In this document: positions 47,922 through 57,711 of the stretch, in pieces
How positions within the stretch are numbered: position 1 is the stretch's first letter
How the letters are laid out: each line of letters opens with the position of its first letter
DNA from: Bacteriovoracaceae bacterium
GTDB lineage: Bacteria; Bdellovibrionota; Bacteriovoracia; Bacteriovoracales; Bacteriovoracaceae
Reading direction: 5' to 3'
DNA: 64,000 bases
NCBI GenBank assembly: GCA_048270185.1
Contig: JBLWTJ010000004.1
Coordinates: 221,654-285,653, forward strand
Translations under genes and position numbers: made by a program
Notes under the pieces: model-generated
What the model was told of the DNA's origin: nothing
Seen by the model: the letters and a program-made list of their open reading frames with translations, nothing else
The model's database searches: none

Positions 47922-48701
47922 TTGAACCGCACAAACTTTCTACTAATATTTATTTTCTTTGTTGTCTTAAGTAATACTTGTCAGTCAACAAGTACAACTA
48001 GTGAGAAGAGAGTTGTCACAATTGCTGTCGACACTGACGATACACCTATTGTTCCTGATGTCGATGAGAAGTCTTCATATACTCAATATGGACCGGGGCA
48101 AACAACGGGTCACGATGTTGCACAGGCTAGTGAACGAGTTGAAACTGTTGGCATTATCATTGGCGCAAGCGAAGACTTTGATACAAGTGCCATGGATTAT
48201 ATTTCATGTCTCATCAAGAGCGATATCAAAATCAATTTCATTGCAGGAGTAGGGAGTTCCGCCCCTATCGCGGCTCTATTTGCACAGGCGAAAAAACCTG
48301 AATTTGTTAAATGGAAGTTTTTCCGACTAAAAGAGCGAGATGATTCCGCGAGTATAATTGAAGAACTTGAACTCTCAACAAGAAAGATTAAGCGATCAAA
48401 TATTGCTTTCTACCTCACAGATCTAACTAATGATACAAATATAGTATTTAGTACGAAGGGCAGTATCCTCAATAATATTAAAAAGAATATTGAAGATAAT
48501 AAGAAAATAATGAACGCTCAGGCACTAATTTCAGAAAGTGATATTTCTCAATTAGTGGCCAATAAAGTTTTTGTCTTTACGTACTCTTCGAACTTAGAAG
48601 TTTCGAAAAACGATAAGAATGGTAAAATGATTCATATCAAGATACCTAGACAAAATTTTAGCTTAATGAAGAAGTGTGAAATAATAAAAGAGAATTTATG
48701 A
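47922..48701 (+). CDS. Exported protein with degenerate patatin-like domain
   Basis: Signal/lipoprotein-like N-terminus; VGIIIGASED...IKINFIAGVGSSAPIAALFA. Confidence 0.55.
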   Translation: MNRTNFLLIFIFFVVLSNTCQSTSTTSEKRVVTIAVDTDDTPIVPDVDEKSSYTQYGPGQTTGHDVAQASERVETVGIIIGASEDFDTSAMDYISCLIKSDIKINFIAGVGSSAPIAALFAQAKKPEFVKWKFFRLKERDDSASIIEELELSTRKIKRSNIAFYLTDLTNDTNIVFSTKGSILNNIKKNIEDNKKIMNAQALISESDISQLVANKVFVFTYSSNLEVSKNDKNGKMIHIKIPRQNFSLMKKCEIIKENL

Positions 48702-51442
48702 AACATTTAAAAAGATTATTAGTACTGATGTCATTTATGGTTTTATTTGGCGGCTTACTGTCTTTCTCAGTACTCGTATACTTTTCATTTACTTTACCAA
48801 AAATTAGTAGCCTTGCAGATTACAACCCAGCTGTTAAATCAAAAATCTTATCAAAAGATGGTGTTGTACTCTATGATATTGGAAAAGAAAATCGTGAAGT
48901 TGTTGAGTTTTCGCAAATTCCTCCACGTATTGTTGATGCCTTTCTATCTGCAGAAGACTCTAATTTCTATAATCATGATGGTGTTGACTACTTTGGTGTA
49001 CTTCGAGCGGCATTAGCTAATTTAAAAGCGGGTCGAGTTGTTCAAGGTGGATCAACAATTACTCAACAGGTTGCCAAGTCATTACTGCTTTCAAGTGAGC
49101 GTTCGATCACAAGAAAAATCAAAGATTTCTTATTAGCTCAAAAAATTGAAAAACGTTTTAATAAAGAAGAAATTCTATACCTCTACCTAAATCAAGTTTA
49201 TCTCGGTGGCGGATATTATGGTGTAAAGTCTGCTTTCAAAGGTTACTTTAATAAAGAACTGAGCGAAGCGACAGTTGCAGAGTCCGCTCTTATTGCAGGA
49301 CTATTAGTTGCTCCAGGAAAGTATTCACCATATCGTAATCCACAGCATGCTAAAACAAGACAAGCCTATGTTCTTGGGCGAATGTTTGCTAATCAAAAAA
49401 TTACAAAAGAGGAATACCAAGCGGCACTTGGTGAGAAGATTAAGTACCAGTTAAGAAGAAATAGTCCCTTCCTTGCTGGATATTTTACAGATTGGGTTAG
49501 AAGACAAGTTATCGATATTGTTGGTGAAGAAAACTTCTTAACGAAAGGCTTCACTGTACAAACAACTCTAAATTACGATCTTCAAAAAACCGCTGAAGAT
49601 AGTATTAAGTCAGGTGCGATTGATATCGATAAAAGACAAGGCTTCAAAGGTCCTATTGGGCATATCGAGTTAGAGGAAGTTGATAAGTACATCGAAGACT
49701 TTAGAAAAGAGCTATATAAAGACAAGTCAAATTACTTTACTCTTACTGAAGATAATCAGCGTGAATACGAGTTAGAGCTACAAGAAGACGAACTTGCAGT
49801 TTTAAAAGAATTTACACAAGAGCAAATGTCTAAGCTTTACTCATCTCGATTTTATAGTGGTTATAATAGTGAAGACCAGCTTCTTAAGTATCTTGAAAAA
49901 GACAAACTATATAAGGCCGTTGTTCTACGTCTTGATAGTAGTATGAGAAATATTACGATTTCCCTAGGTGGTATTACTGGTGTTATTCCTTATGAGCACT
50001 TTCGTTGGGCACACGAAAGAGAGATTTCTGATAATCGCCGATACTTTCCATATGTAAAGAACCCGAATAGTATCCTCAAAAAAGGTGATATCATTCATGT
50101 TAAGATTCAAGATTTCAGTAAGAAGTTTGAATCGATGATCTATAGTTCTTATCGCGATAATTTTAAACGTATGAAAGATTACAAGCATGTGAAGGATCAG
50201 CTATATCTTGAATGCTCCCTCGAACAAGAGCCAGAGGTTCAAGCGGCCCTAATGAGCTTAAACCCTTTCACTGGTGAAGTAATTTCAATGGTCGGTGGTG
50301 TTGATTTTGAAAAGAGTGAATTTAATCGTGCTCTTCAATCGCAAAGGCAACCAGGCTCTTCTTTTAAGCCGCTACTCTTTGCTGCAGCTTTAGAAAATGG
50401 ATACCTTCCAAATACAATAATTCTTGATACTCCCGAAGCGCTTGGGGGTGCAAATCAAGCACTAAATTGGAAACCAAGAAATTATGATGGAAAATTTAAG
50501 GGGCCAATGACTTTAAGAGAAGCATTGGAGCATAGTCGAAATATTCCTACGATTAAACTTGCCCTTGATCTGGGAATGACGAAGATTTTCAAGTATCTTG
50601 ATCGAATTAACTTTCATGCTGATATGCCAAACGACATGTCAATTTCACTTGGTTCATTTGGAGTGACTCTACTTGAGATGATTAGGGCCTATTCAATCTT
50701 TCCAAATGGCGGAAAGAAGGTTTTACCAAAATCGATTATTTCCATTACTGATAGCAACGGTAAGGAGTATTTCTTCCAAGATGAGTTTGCAGCTCAGTCT
50801 AAGCTTGAACTCGAGAAGCTGGCCAAGGATGCAAAAACGAGTGACCTAGAAGATACGAAAGAAGTTGTCGAAAAAAGTGATGATCATAATGAATTTGAAA
50901 AGGAAGCGGTTAATCCTTATCTTTTAAATCTAAACGAAGATCAAGTTTATGATCCAAGGCTTGCCTTTATCATGACAAATCTTCTAAAGGGTGTTGTACA
51001 CTACGGAACAGGTCGTCGTGCTCTTGGAACAAGTCAATTCATTGGTGGAAAGACAGGGACTACAAGTAGTTATGTGGACGCGTGGTTCTTAGGTTTTTCT
51101 CAAAATATCGTAACAGGTGTTTGGACGGGCATGGATGATAATAAGACAATGGGATGGGGGGAAACTGGTACTAAGTCATCACTCCCAATATGGAATTCTT
51201 ATATGAAGCGCTCGATTCAAATCTATGGTGAACGTGACTTCCAAATGCCTCCTGGTATTGTGAACGTTGCCATTAATAAGTCAACTGGAGAACTAGCCTC
51301 AGGCAGTGGATCAAAGTTTTTGGAAAGTTTTGTTGAAGGAACTGAACCAGGCTCTAATTCTAAGAATGATTTCTTCAAGAAAGAGGAAAATAGTCAAGAA
51401 TCAGGGGCGATTCTAGAAGATGATGAATTCTTTAACAATTAA
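48698..51442 (+). CDS. mrcA: Penicillin-binding protein 1A
   Basis: AEDSNFYNHDGVD, QGGSTITQQ, RKIKD; SSFK, SRN, KTGT. Confidence 0.95.
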   Translation: MKHLKRLLVLMSFMVLFGGLLSFSVLVYFSFTLPKISSLADYNPAVKSKILSKDGVVLYDIGKENREVVEFSQIPPRIVDAFLSAEDSNFYNHDGVDYFGVLRAALANLKAGRVVQGGSTITQQVAKSLLLSSERSITRKIKDFLLAQKIEKRFNKEEILYLYLNQVYLGGGYYGVKSAFKGYFNKELSEATVAESALIAGLLVAPGKYSPYRNPQHAKTRQAYVLGRMFANQKITKEEYQAALGEKIKYQLRRNSPFLAGYFTDWVRRQVIDIVGEENFLTKGFTVQTTLNYDLQKTAEDSIKSGAIDIDKRQGFKGPIGHIELEEVDKYIEDFRKELYKDKSNYFTLTEDNQREYELELQEDELAVLKEFTQEQMSKLYSSRFYSGYNSEDQLLKYLEKDKLYKAVVLRLDSSMRNITISLGGITGVIPYEHFRWAHEREISDNRRYFPYVKNPNSILKKGDIIHVKIQDFSKKFESMIYSSYRDNFKRMKDYKHVKDQLYLECSLEQEPEVQAALMSLNPFTGEVISMVGGVDFEKSEFNRALQSQRQPGSSFKPLLFAAALENGYLPNTIILDTPEALGGANQALNWKPRNYDGKFKGPMTLREALEHSRNIPTIKLALDLGMTKIFKYLDRINFHADMPNDMSISLGSFGVTLLEMIRAYSIFPNGGKKVLPKSIISITDSNGKEYFFQDEFAAQSKLELEKLAKDAKTSDLEDTKEVVEKSDDHNEFEKEAVNPYLLNLNEDQVYDPRLAFIMTNLLKGVVHYGTGRRALGTSQFIGGKTGTTSSYVDAWFLGFSQNIVTGVWTGMDDNKTMGWGETGTKSSLPIWNSYMKRSIQIYGERDFQMPPGIVNVAINKSTGELASGSGSKFLESFVEGTEPGSNSKNDFFKKEENSQESGAILEDDEFFNN

Positions 51443-51455
51443 TTAAAATATAAAG

Positions 51456-51482
51456 TAAGTTTTTCGATATTTTCTCCGAGAA
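51456..51482 (+). promoter_or_regulatory. Candidate sigma28 promoter
   Basis: TAAG-N15-TCCGAGAA upstream of the TonB-family gene. Confidence 0.55.
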
Positions 51483-51513
51483 GGTTAGTGAAAGTCATCT
51501 TTTCGGAGTTAGA

Positions 51514-52401
51514 TTGGAATTAGTTCATAAAAATCACAAGACTTATATCTACTTAGCGATCGCATTATCGCTGGTAGCACATATTTCGATGATGCCATCT
51601 AAGCTGACTTCTTTTGACTTCACTTCAATGAAGAAGAAAGAAGAACCTCAAAGAATTAAATTAAGACTAAATCCCTCGGATAAGGCCCGTCAAATTGTAA
51701 CGGCAGCAAAAACAAACCAAGAACTTGCTGATGATGCAAAATATCTAAGTGAGACTAATAATCGTGTGGATCGTGAAACAAAAGCACGTGAAGTTGATGC
51801 TTTTAATCTTGGAGGTCTTGGTAACGCTAAGGTAGACCTTAAGAAACAAGGCGCAAAGAAGAAGCAAAAACAAAATCGAAAAATGACAAAGTCGAAGAAA
51901 GGACGTATTAGTTTCCAAGACTTTGCCGTTGCAGAGAATTCACCTCTTGAAAAAGATCAAAACCTTGTGAAGGGGACAAAGACTGGGGCCAAGAATCATC
52001 GTGGTATAGCGAGTTCTAACGACCACTTAGAGGATGTCAAACTTGGAGATATTACAAAGCTCAATACTGTTGAATATAAGTACTACGGTTTCTATTTTAG
52101 AATTAAGCAGCAATTAGAACAGCACTGGGGTGCAACTCTTCGTGAAAAAATGGAATCTCTCTACCGTCAAAATCGTCGAGGACCTGCGGGAGAAAAGTTT
52201 CTAACAAATGTTCGCGTTGTTCTTGATGGGAATGGAAAAATCGTTAATGTTCTAGTTCAGGGCTCATCTGGAGTAAAGGAATTGGATGATGCTGCTGTAG
52301 AGTCTTTTAATAAAGCAGGGCCATTTCCTAATCCACCGACTGGGTTAATTAAGAATGGTTATGCGAATATTGATTGGGGATTTGCTGTCACTAAGAATTA
52401 G
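51514..52401 (+). CDS. TonB family energy transducer
   Basis: N-terminal TM with SLVAH; C-terminal SSGVKELDDAAVESFNKAGPFPNPP. Confidence 0.85.
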   Translation: MELVHKNHKTYIYLAIALSLVAHISMMPSKLTSFDFTSMKKKEEPQRIKLRLNPSDKARQIVTAAKTNQELADDAKYLSETNNRVDRETKAREVDAFNLGGLGNAKVDLKKQGAKKKQKQNRKMTKSKKGRISFQDFAVAENSPLEKDQNLVKGTKTGAKNHRGIASSNDHLEDVKLGDITKLNTVEYKYYGFYFRIKQQLEQHWGATLREKMESLYRQNRRGPAGEKFLTNVRVVLDGNGKIVNVLVQGSSGVKELDDAAVESFNKAGPFPNPPTGLIKNGYANIDWGFAVTKN

Positions 52402-52694
52402 TGTTTCGTATTTCCCTTAAGCATTTTCTTGATATTATTAATACCTTCCATTAACACGTAATCAGTCCAAACTTGATCAAGCTCCTTGATCGTTTCAACG
52501 ATTTTAATAGCTGCTTGGTCGTAAGAGATACGATCCGTTTCTGCAAGTTGTGTAATGGCATTTGAAATTGCGGCAATAGCTGAAGAATTACATGCTTGGT
52601 TTAATCTATCTTCATAAGTTGTATCGATTTTCTTTTCTTTACCTTTTATGATTGCTGTATTGATTAGCTGAATAGATTCTTGATTATTGTGCAT
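52398..52694 (-). CDS. Hypothetical protein
   Basis: 98-aa helical ORF with AGGT RBS. Confidence 0.6.
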   Translation of the reverse strand: MHNNQESIQLINTAIIKGKEKKIDTTYEDRLNQACNSSAIAAISNAITQLAETDRISYDQAAIKIVETIKELDQVWTDYVLMEGINNIKKMLKGNTKH

Positions 52695-52826
52695 TAATTA
52701 CCTGTCTCTATTGTTGTTTCGGGTCTCGTGAGATTTGTGAGTATGAATCTTAATGAATAATTCGTAAAGGAAAAAATTCTACAAGTGAAAATATTTTTTA
52801 TGTGTAAATTTGTAAGTTGTTGAAAT

Positions 52827-52852
52827 AAAAAAATGCCCTTATTTCAAGGGCA
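52827..52852 (-). terminator. Intrinsic terminator after gcvH
   Basis: A-run-TGCCCTT-atttc-AAGGGCA. Confidence 0.7.
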
Positions 52853-52883
52853 TATGTGCAATAAAAAATGAAAAATATTTATT

Positions 52884-53264
52884 TTATTCTTGACACAGAC
52901 TTTCGTATTCTTCGTGTGAAAGTAGGTCTGTTAACTCGTCTTGATTAGAGATTTTAACTTTAACCATCCATGATTCATATGGATCAGAGTTTAGATTATC
53001 AGGTGAGTCTGGAAGTTCTTCATTAATTTCAGTAATAACACCTGAGATTGGAAGGTATAGATCACTTGCTGATTTAATCGATTCAACAACACCAAAAGTA
53101 TCGTCTTTAGAAAACTCTTGCCCAACTTCTGGAAGCTCAACAAATACGATATCTCCTAGAGAATTTTGTGCAAAGTCAGTAATACCAACTGTAACGATAT
53201 CACTTTCGATCTTCGCCCATTCGTGTTCTTTTGTATATTTTAAGTCTGTTGGAATATTCGTCAT
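52884..53264 (-). CDS. gcvH: Glycine cleavage system H protein
   Basis: YTKEHEW, VGITDFAQ, VESIKSASD (lipoyl Lys). Confidence 0.97.
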   Translation of the reverse strand: MTNIPTDLKYTKEHEWAKIESDIVTVGITDFAQNSLGDIVFVELPEVGQEFSKDDTFGVVESIKSASDLYLPISGVITEINEELPDSPDNLNSDPYESWMVKVKISNQDELTDLLSHEEYESLCQE

Positions 53265-54334
53265 TATTTGTGTCCTCCGGTAACAAAAGGTTTTGTATGA
53301 TAATTAGTATCTATTATATTCTTTCTAATTTGTATTCTAAATTTTTTGTTTTCTGGGAATAATTCTTTCTTAACTAGACCTAAGCATATTCCTTGTGAGT
53401 TCGTCACAGACATCGTACCACTAGTTACAACACCAATAACTTGATCTTGGTCATTTAAAATATCATAACCTTCTCTTGGAATTCCCTTATCAATTGAAAG
53501 TTTAACAAGTTGATGTGAAGGCTTAAGATCTACGAGTGCACCTTTGCCAATGAAATTATCTTTCTTAAGCTTCACGGTCCATTTAAGGGCCGCATCAAGA
53601 GGTGTTAGATCATCATTTAATTCATGGCCATACAGAGGGTAGCAAACCTCAAGTCGAAGAACATCACGAGAAGCGAGTCCGCAAGGTGTGACATTGTTTT
53701 CAATTAACTTTGCCCATAATTTTTTAATTGTTTCATGGCTTCCAAAAACTTCAAAACCATCTTCACCTGTGTAACCTGTTCTTGCCATGATGACATCATT
53801 ACCTTCCCAAGTACTTTCATAAGCTGAGTAATATTCGGCTTTAGCTACTGAAGCAAAACCAATTGTCGTTAGAGTTTTTTCAGTGTTTGGGCCTTGAATC
53901 GCAAGAAGAGAATAGTCTTCAGAGTGGTTTTCTAATTTTATATCAAAACCTTCAACCTTAGATGAGATCCAATTCCAGTCTTTATCAATATTGGCCGCAT
54001 TGACACAAATTAGAATTTTTTCTTCTTCTAACTTATAGGCAATAAGATCATCGATAACTGTTCCATTATCACGACACAGTGGCGAGTAAACGGCCTTTCC
54101 AATTTCAGCTCCTGAAAAATCATTTGTTACTAAGTAATCAACGAATTTAATCGCATCCTTACCAGTTACAAAGAATTCTCCCATATGAGATACATCAAAG
54201 ACTCCGACATTTTTTCTAACGGCTTCAACTTCAGCTTTCACGCCTGCGTATTGAATAGGCATTTCGTAACCCGCAAAGTCCGCCATTTTAGCTTTTAGGT
54301 CGCGATGGGCCTGTGTAAGAGATGTTTCTTTCAT
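53264..54334 (-). CDS. gcvT: Glycine cleavage system T protein
   Basis: FAGYEMPIQY, FDVSHMGE, RTGYTGEDGFE, GLASRDVLRLE. Confidence 0.97.
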   Translation of the reverse strand: MKETSLTQAHRDLKAKMADFAGYEMPIQYAGVKAEVEAVRKNVGVFDVSHMGEFFVTGKDAIKFVDYLVTNDFSGAEIGKAVYSPLCRDNGTVIDDLIAYKLEEEKILICVNAANIDKDWNWISSKVEGFDIKLENHSEDYSLLAIQGPNTEKTLTTIGFASVAKAEYYSAYESTWEGNDVIMARTGYTGEDGFEVFGSHETIKKLWAKLIENNVTPCGLASRDVLRLEVCYPLYGHELNDDLTPLDAALKWTVKLKKDNFIGKGALVDLKPSHQLVKLSIDKGIPREGYDILNDQDQVIGVVTSGTMSVTNSQGICLGLVKKELFPENKKFRIQIRKNIIDTNYHTKPFVTGGHK

Positions 54335-54347
54335 AAATTTCCTTTGA

Positions 54348-55211
54348 TTATTTCTTAGCTGCGCTAATGAGATTTTGAGACACACTAAAAATTGTCATCG
54401 GTCCAATTCCTTTTGGAACTGGAGTTATAGCTGCTAATTGATCCTTAATATTTTCAAAGTCACAGTCACCACAAAGTTTACCGTCATCTGCTTTGTTGAT
54501 TCCAACATCAAAGACAACTTGAGTTTGATCATTTCTAAAAAAATCCCTTGTAAATAATTTAGGTGAACCAATGGCCGTGATTATAATATCTGCTTTCTTT
54601 GTAATCTCTTTAAGATTTTGTGTGCGTGAGTGAGCGAGCGTCACTGTTGCATTAAGATTTGATAGAAGTAGAGAAAGAGGCTTTCCGACAATTAAACTTC
54701 TTCCAACGACTACGACATCTTTTCCAGCAAAATCAATTCCGTAGAATCTTGCCATCGTTACAATTCCCTTTGGTGTACAAGGAATGAGTGTTGTTTCACC
54801 AAGTTGTCCACGGTAAAGCTTGGCAACGTTTTCATAGTGAAAACCGTCAACATCTTTTGCTGGTACCACAAGATCTGTTGTATCAATCTGAGACAGAGAC
54901 TTTGGCAGTGGTAGTTGGATTAGAATTCCGTGAACAGAATCGTCACCATTGAAGTCATTAACAACTTTTAAGAATTCAGTCTCAGAGATTGAAGAATCAA
55001 GTTTTACAATGTCACAACTTGCTCCAATCTTCTCTGCAAACTTCTTCTTGTTATTTGTGTAAATGACACTGGCCGGATTATCGCCAACAAGAATTACTTT
55101 TAAACATGGTGTTACGCCCTTAGATTTAAGGTCGCTACATTCTTGTTTAAGGAGCTCAACCTGCTTTTCAATAACGGGTTGTGCATAGAGTAATTTTGTT
55201 TCTTTTTGCAT
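54348..55211 (-). CDS. folD: Methylene-THF dehydrogenase/cyclohydrolase
   Basis: HGILIQLPLP, KDVDGFH, PCTPKG, GRSLIVGKP, ITPVPKGIGPMT. Confidence 0.97.
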   Translation of the reverse strand: MQKETKLLYAQPVIEKQVELLKQECSDLKSKGVTPCLKVILVGDNPASVIYTNNKKKFAEKIGASCDIVKLDSSISETEFLKVVNDFNGDDSVHGILIQLPLPKSLSQIDTTDLVVPAKDVDGFHYENVAKLYRGQLGETTLIPCTPKGIVTMARFYGIDFAGKDVVVVGRSLIVGKPLSLLLSNLNATVTLAHSRTQNLKEITKKADIIITAIGSPKLFTRDFFRNDQTQVVFDVGINKADDGKLCGDCDFENIKDQLAAITPVPKGIGPMTIFSVSQNLISAAKK

Positions 55212-55275
55212 CGAGATATATTAACTTCCTCGCTTAGTATTGGCAATTTCAGAATTACATCGTATCTAATGAGTT

Positions 55276-55449
55276 ATGTTTTTTTGGTTAGGATTAGCAC
55301 TACAATTAATTGGATTTGCCTCAGTTGGCCTTTGTCTTTTTGCCGGTTTGCAAAAGGGCGACTACGAAATGCTTGAACTTTATCAATTCATTGGTGGTTC
55401 AGCAGTTTTCTATATTGGTCATATGATTAAAGGCGTTGATCGCTCGTAA
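55276..55449 (+). CDS. Small two-TM membrane protein (57 aa, not in ORF track)
   Basis: MFFWLGLALQLIGFASVGLCLFAGLQKGDYEMLELYQFIGGSAVFYIGHMIKGVDRS*; fills the folD-ruvC gap. Confidence 0.65.
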   Translation: MFFWLGLALQLIGFASVGLCLFAGLQKGDYEMLELYQFIGGSAVFYIGHMIKGVDRS

Positions 55450-55477
55450 TCTCGATTTTTTCGTTTATACTAATAGT

Positions 55478-56017
55478 ATGTACATTCTTGGAATTGACCC
55501 AGGATCGAGAACGACTGGTTGGGCCGTTATCGAGGTTGATGGTCGCAAATTTAAATATATTGATTCTGGCGTCTTAAAATTTGATAAGATACCAGAATTC
55601 TTAGACCGCCTGGCAACAATCTCTGCTTCAATAAAAGATATCGTCTCACTCTATAAACCAGATGAGATTTCAATTGAATCTCTGATTTATGTAAAAAGTA
55701 TTCCCGCACTCTCTAAGCTTGCTCAAGCAAGAGGGGCCCTCATTGCAGGTCTTTCAGAAAAGTATCAAGGCAAGATTACAGAATATTCTCCAAACTTAAT
55801 AAAATCTAGTGTGACTGGTCATGGTCACGCCACAAAAGAGGGAATTGATAAATCTCTGAATATGATCTTTGGAAAGCTCGAATTCAAGTCTCACGATGAG
55901 TCGGATGCCCTTGCTATAGCCCTTTGTCATGCGTTGAATCGTGGACAAAGAGCAAAAATAAAGGGAAAATCGACTAGTACAAAAGCACGGACATTAAAAC
56001 AAGTTTTTTCTAAGTAG
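55478..56017 (+). CDS. ruvC: Holliday junction resolvase
   Basis: ILGIDPGS, SIESL, LAQARG, DESDALAIALCH. Confidence 0.95.
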   Translation: MYILGIDPGSRTTGWAVIEVDGRKFKYIDSGVLKFDKIPEFLDRLATISASIKDIVSLYKPDEISIESLIYVKSIPALSKLAQARGALIAGLSEKYQGKITEYSPNLIKSSVTGHGHATKEGIDKSLNMIFGKLEFKSHDESDALAIALCHALNRGQRAKIKGKSTSTKARTLKQVFSK

Positions 56018-56023
56018 GTTACT

Positions 56024-56677
56024 ATGATTGGTTTATTACAAGGTGAAGTCGTTTTCAGTGATGGAAATGAACTCATTCTCTTCTCTCCGTCTGGGGTAGG
56101 ACACCAAATTTATTTTCAACATGTTCTTCCTGAGGGATCAACGGCCGCAATTTTCATTGCTCATATAGTAAAAGAAGCTAGCGAAGAATTATTTGGTTTC
56201 AAATCTCTAAGAGAAAAGAAGGCCTTCGAGTTACTACTTAGTGTAAAAGGTGTTGGGCCAAAGAGTGCCTTTGCACTTGTGACTAGTCTTGGTGTTGATA
56301 GTATTATTGATGCTATTATTTTCGACAATAAGAAAGCTCTACAAAAAGCTCCAGGTGTTGGAGCAAAAGCAGCTTCTCAAATCATTCTCGATTTAAGTGG
56401 AAAAGCACAAAAAATAAAAATGTATTCAAAGGCGACAGTGACTCCAACAGAAATGTCAGATAGTTACTCGCAACCAAGCCTTAACCTTGAGCTAATCGAA
56501 GAGAGTATCTCTGAAGTGAATATTCATGACTCGGCCCTAATGAATGATGCTATCATGGCCTGTAAGGAGCTTGGATTTACTGAAGATAAGATAATGCCTC
56601 TTGCAAAGAAAATTCTAGAAGAGAACTCAATAACAAGAGCAGAGCAACTCGTTCATCTTGTACTTAAAGAGGTTTAA
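56024..56677 (+). CDS. ruvA: Holliday junction DNA helicase subunit A
   Basis: MIGLLQG, LFGF, VKGVGPKSA, PGVGAKAA. Confidence 0.95.
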   Translation: MIGLLQGEVVFSDGNELILFSPSGVGHQIYFQHVLPEGSTAAIFIAHIVKEASEELFGFKSLREKKAFELLLSVKGVGPKSAFALVTSLGVDSIIDAIIFDNKKALQKAPGVGAKAASQIILDLSGKAQKIKMYSKATVTPTEMSDSYSQPSLNLELIEESISEVNIHDSALMNDAIMACKELGFTEDKIMPLAKKILEENSITRAEQLVHLVLKEV

Positions 56678-56680
56678 TAA

Positions 56681-57667
56681 ATGTCTGATCGCCTATTTAA
56701 TCCAGAAGTTGATGAAGAAGAAGTTAAAAGAGAGGTCATTCTAAGGCCTAAAGACTTTAGTGAATATATTGGACAAACAAAAATAGTTCAAAATATAGAC
56801 GTCATGGTTACTTCGGCCGTTAAAAGAAACCAGTCCATGGATCACGCCCTTCTTTCTGGCCCTCCTGGTCTTGGAAAGACTTCACTTGCCATGATTATTG
56901 CCAATGCCCTTGGTAGTCAGTTACATGTGATCTCTGGTCCTGCCATCGAGAAGAAAGGCGACCTTGCTGCTATTCTAACTAATCTCGAGCCACGTGATGT
57001 TCTCTTTATTGATGAGATTCATCGTATGCATATTTCTGTTGAAGAAATACTTTATTCGGCAATGGAAGACTATCGTCTTGATATTGTCATCGGCGATGGT
57101 GCAGCAGCAAGAACAATGCAAATTGATATCGCTCCCTTTACTTTAATCGGAGCAACGACACGCTCTGGGCTTCTATCAAATCCACTGCGTGATCGCTTTA
57201 TGGCTCATTTTCACTTTGATTTTTATAGACCAGAAGAACTGGCAAAAATCATTTCAAATAATACTAAGAAGCTAAGTCTTCATATTGATGAAGACGCTGA
57301 GCTTAAGATGGCCAGATGCTCTAGGGGAACACCTCGTATTGCCAATCGCATCTTAAGACGTGTTAGAGATTTTGCAATTGTTAGAGATTCAAATCATGTT
57401 AATAGCAATGATGTATTGAAGTCTCTTGAGATGATGGAAATTGATGAGCGCGGACTTGATCGCATGGATCGTCGAATTTTGGAAGTCATCCAAGATTATT
57501 ACAACGGTGGCCCGGTGGGAATTGAGGCCCTATGTGCCACTCTGGCCGAAGACCGCACAACTATTGAAGATGTTTATGAACCCTTTCTTTTAAAAGAAGG
57601 TTTTTTAATTCGTACGCCAAGAGGTCGCGAGATCTCACAAAGAGCAAAAGATTTGCTCAATAATTAA
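56681..57667 (+). CDS. ruvB: Holliday junction DNA helicase subunit B
   Basis: GPPGLGKT, FIDEIHR, GATTR, RGTPRIANR, YEPFL. Confidence 0.98.
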   Translation: MSDRLFNPEVDEEEVKREVILRPKDFSEYIGQTKIVQNIDVMVTSAVKRNQSMDHALLSGPPGLGKTSLAMIIANALGSQLHVISGPAIEKKGDLAAILTNLEPRDVLFIDEIHRMHISVEEILYSAMEDYRLDIVIGDGAAARTMQIDIAPFTLIGATTRSGLLSNPLRDRFMAHFHFDFYRPEELAKIISNNTKKLSLHIDEDAELKMARCSRGTPRIANRILRRVRDFAIVRDSNHVNSNDVLKSLEMMEIDERGLDRMDRRILEVIQDYYNGGPVGIEALCATLAEDRTTIEDVYEPFLLKEGFLIRTPRGREISQRAKDLLNN

Positions 57668-57711
57668 AATAGAAATTACAACACAAGAAATACATACAAA
57701 GAGACAAGAAG

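Noticed and set aside
52884..55260. Glycine riboswitch, or a defective glycine cleavage system because gcvP is missing
   Set aside because: gcvT follows folD after only 13 nt, leaving no room for an aptamer; gcvP is often encoded elsewhere and cannot be judged from this window.
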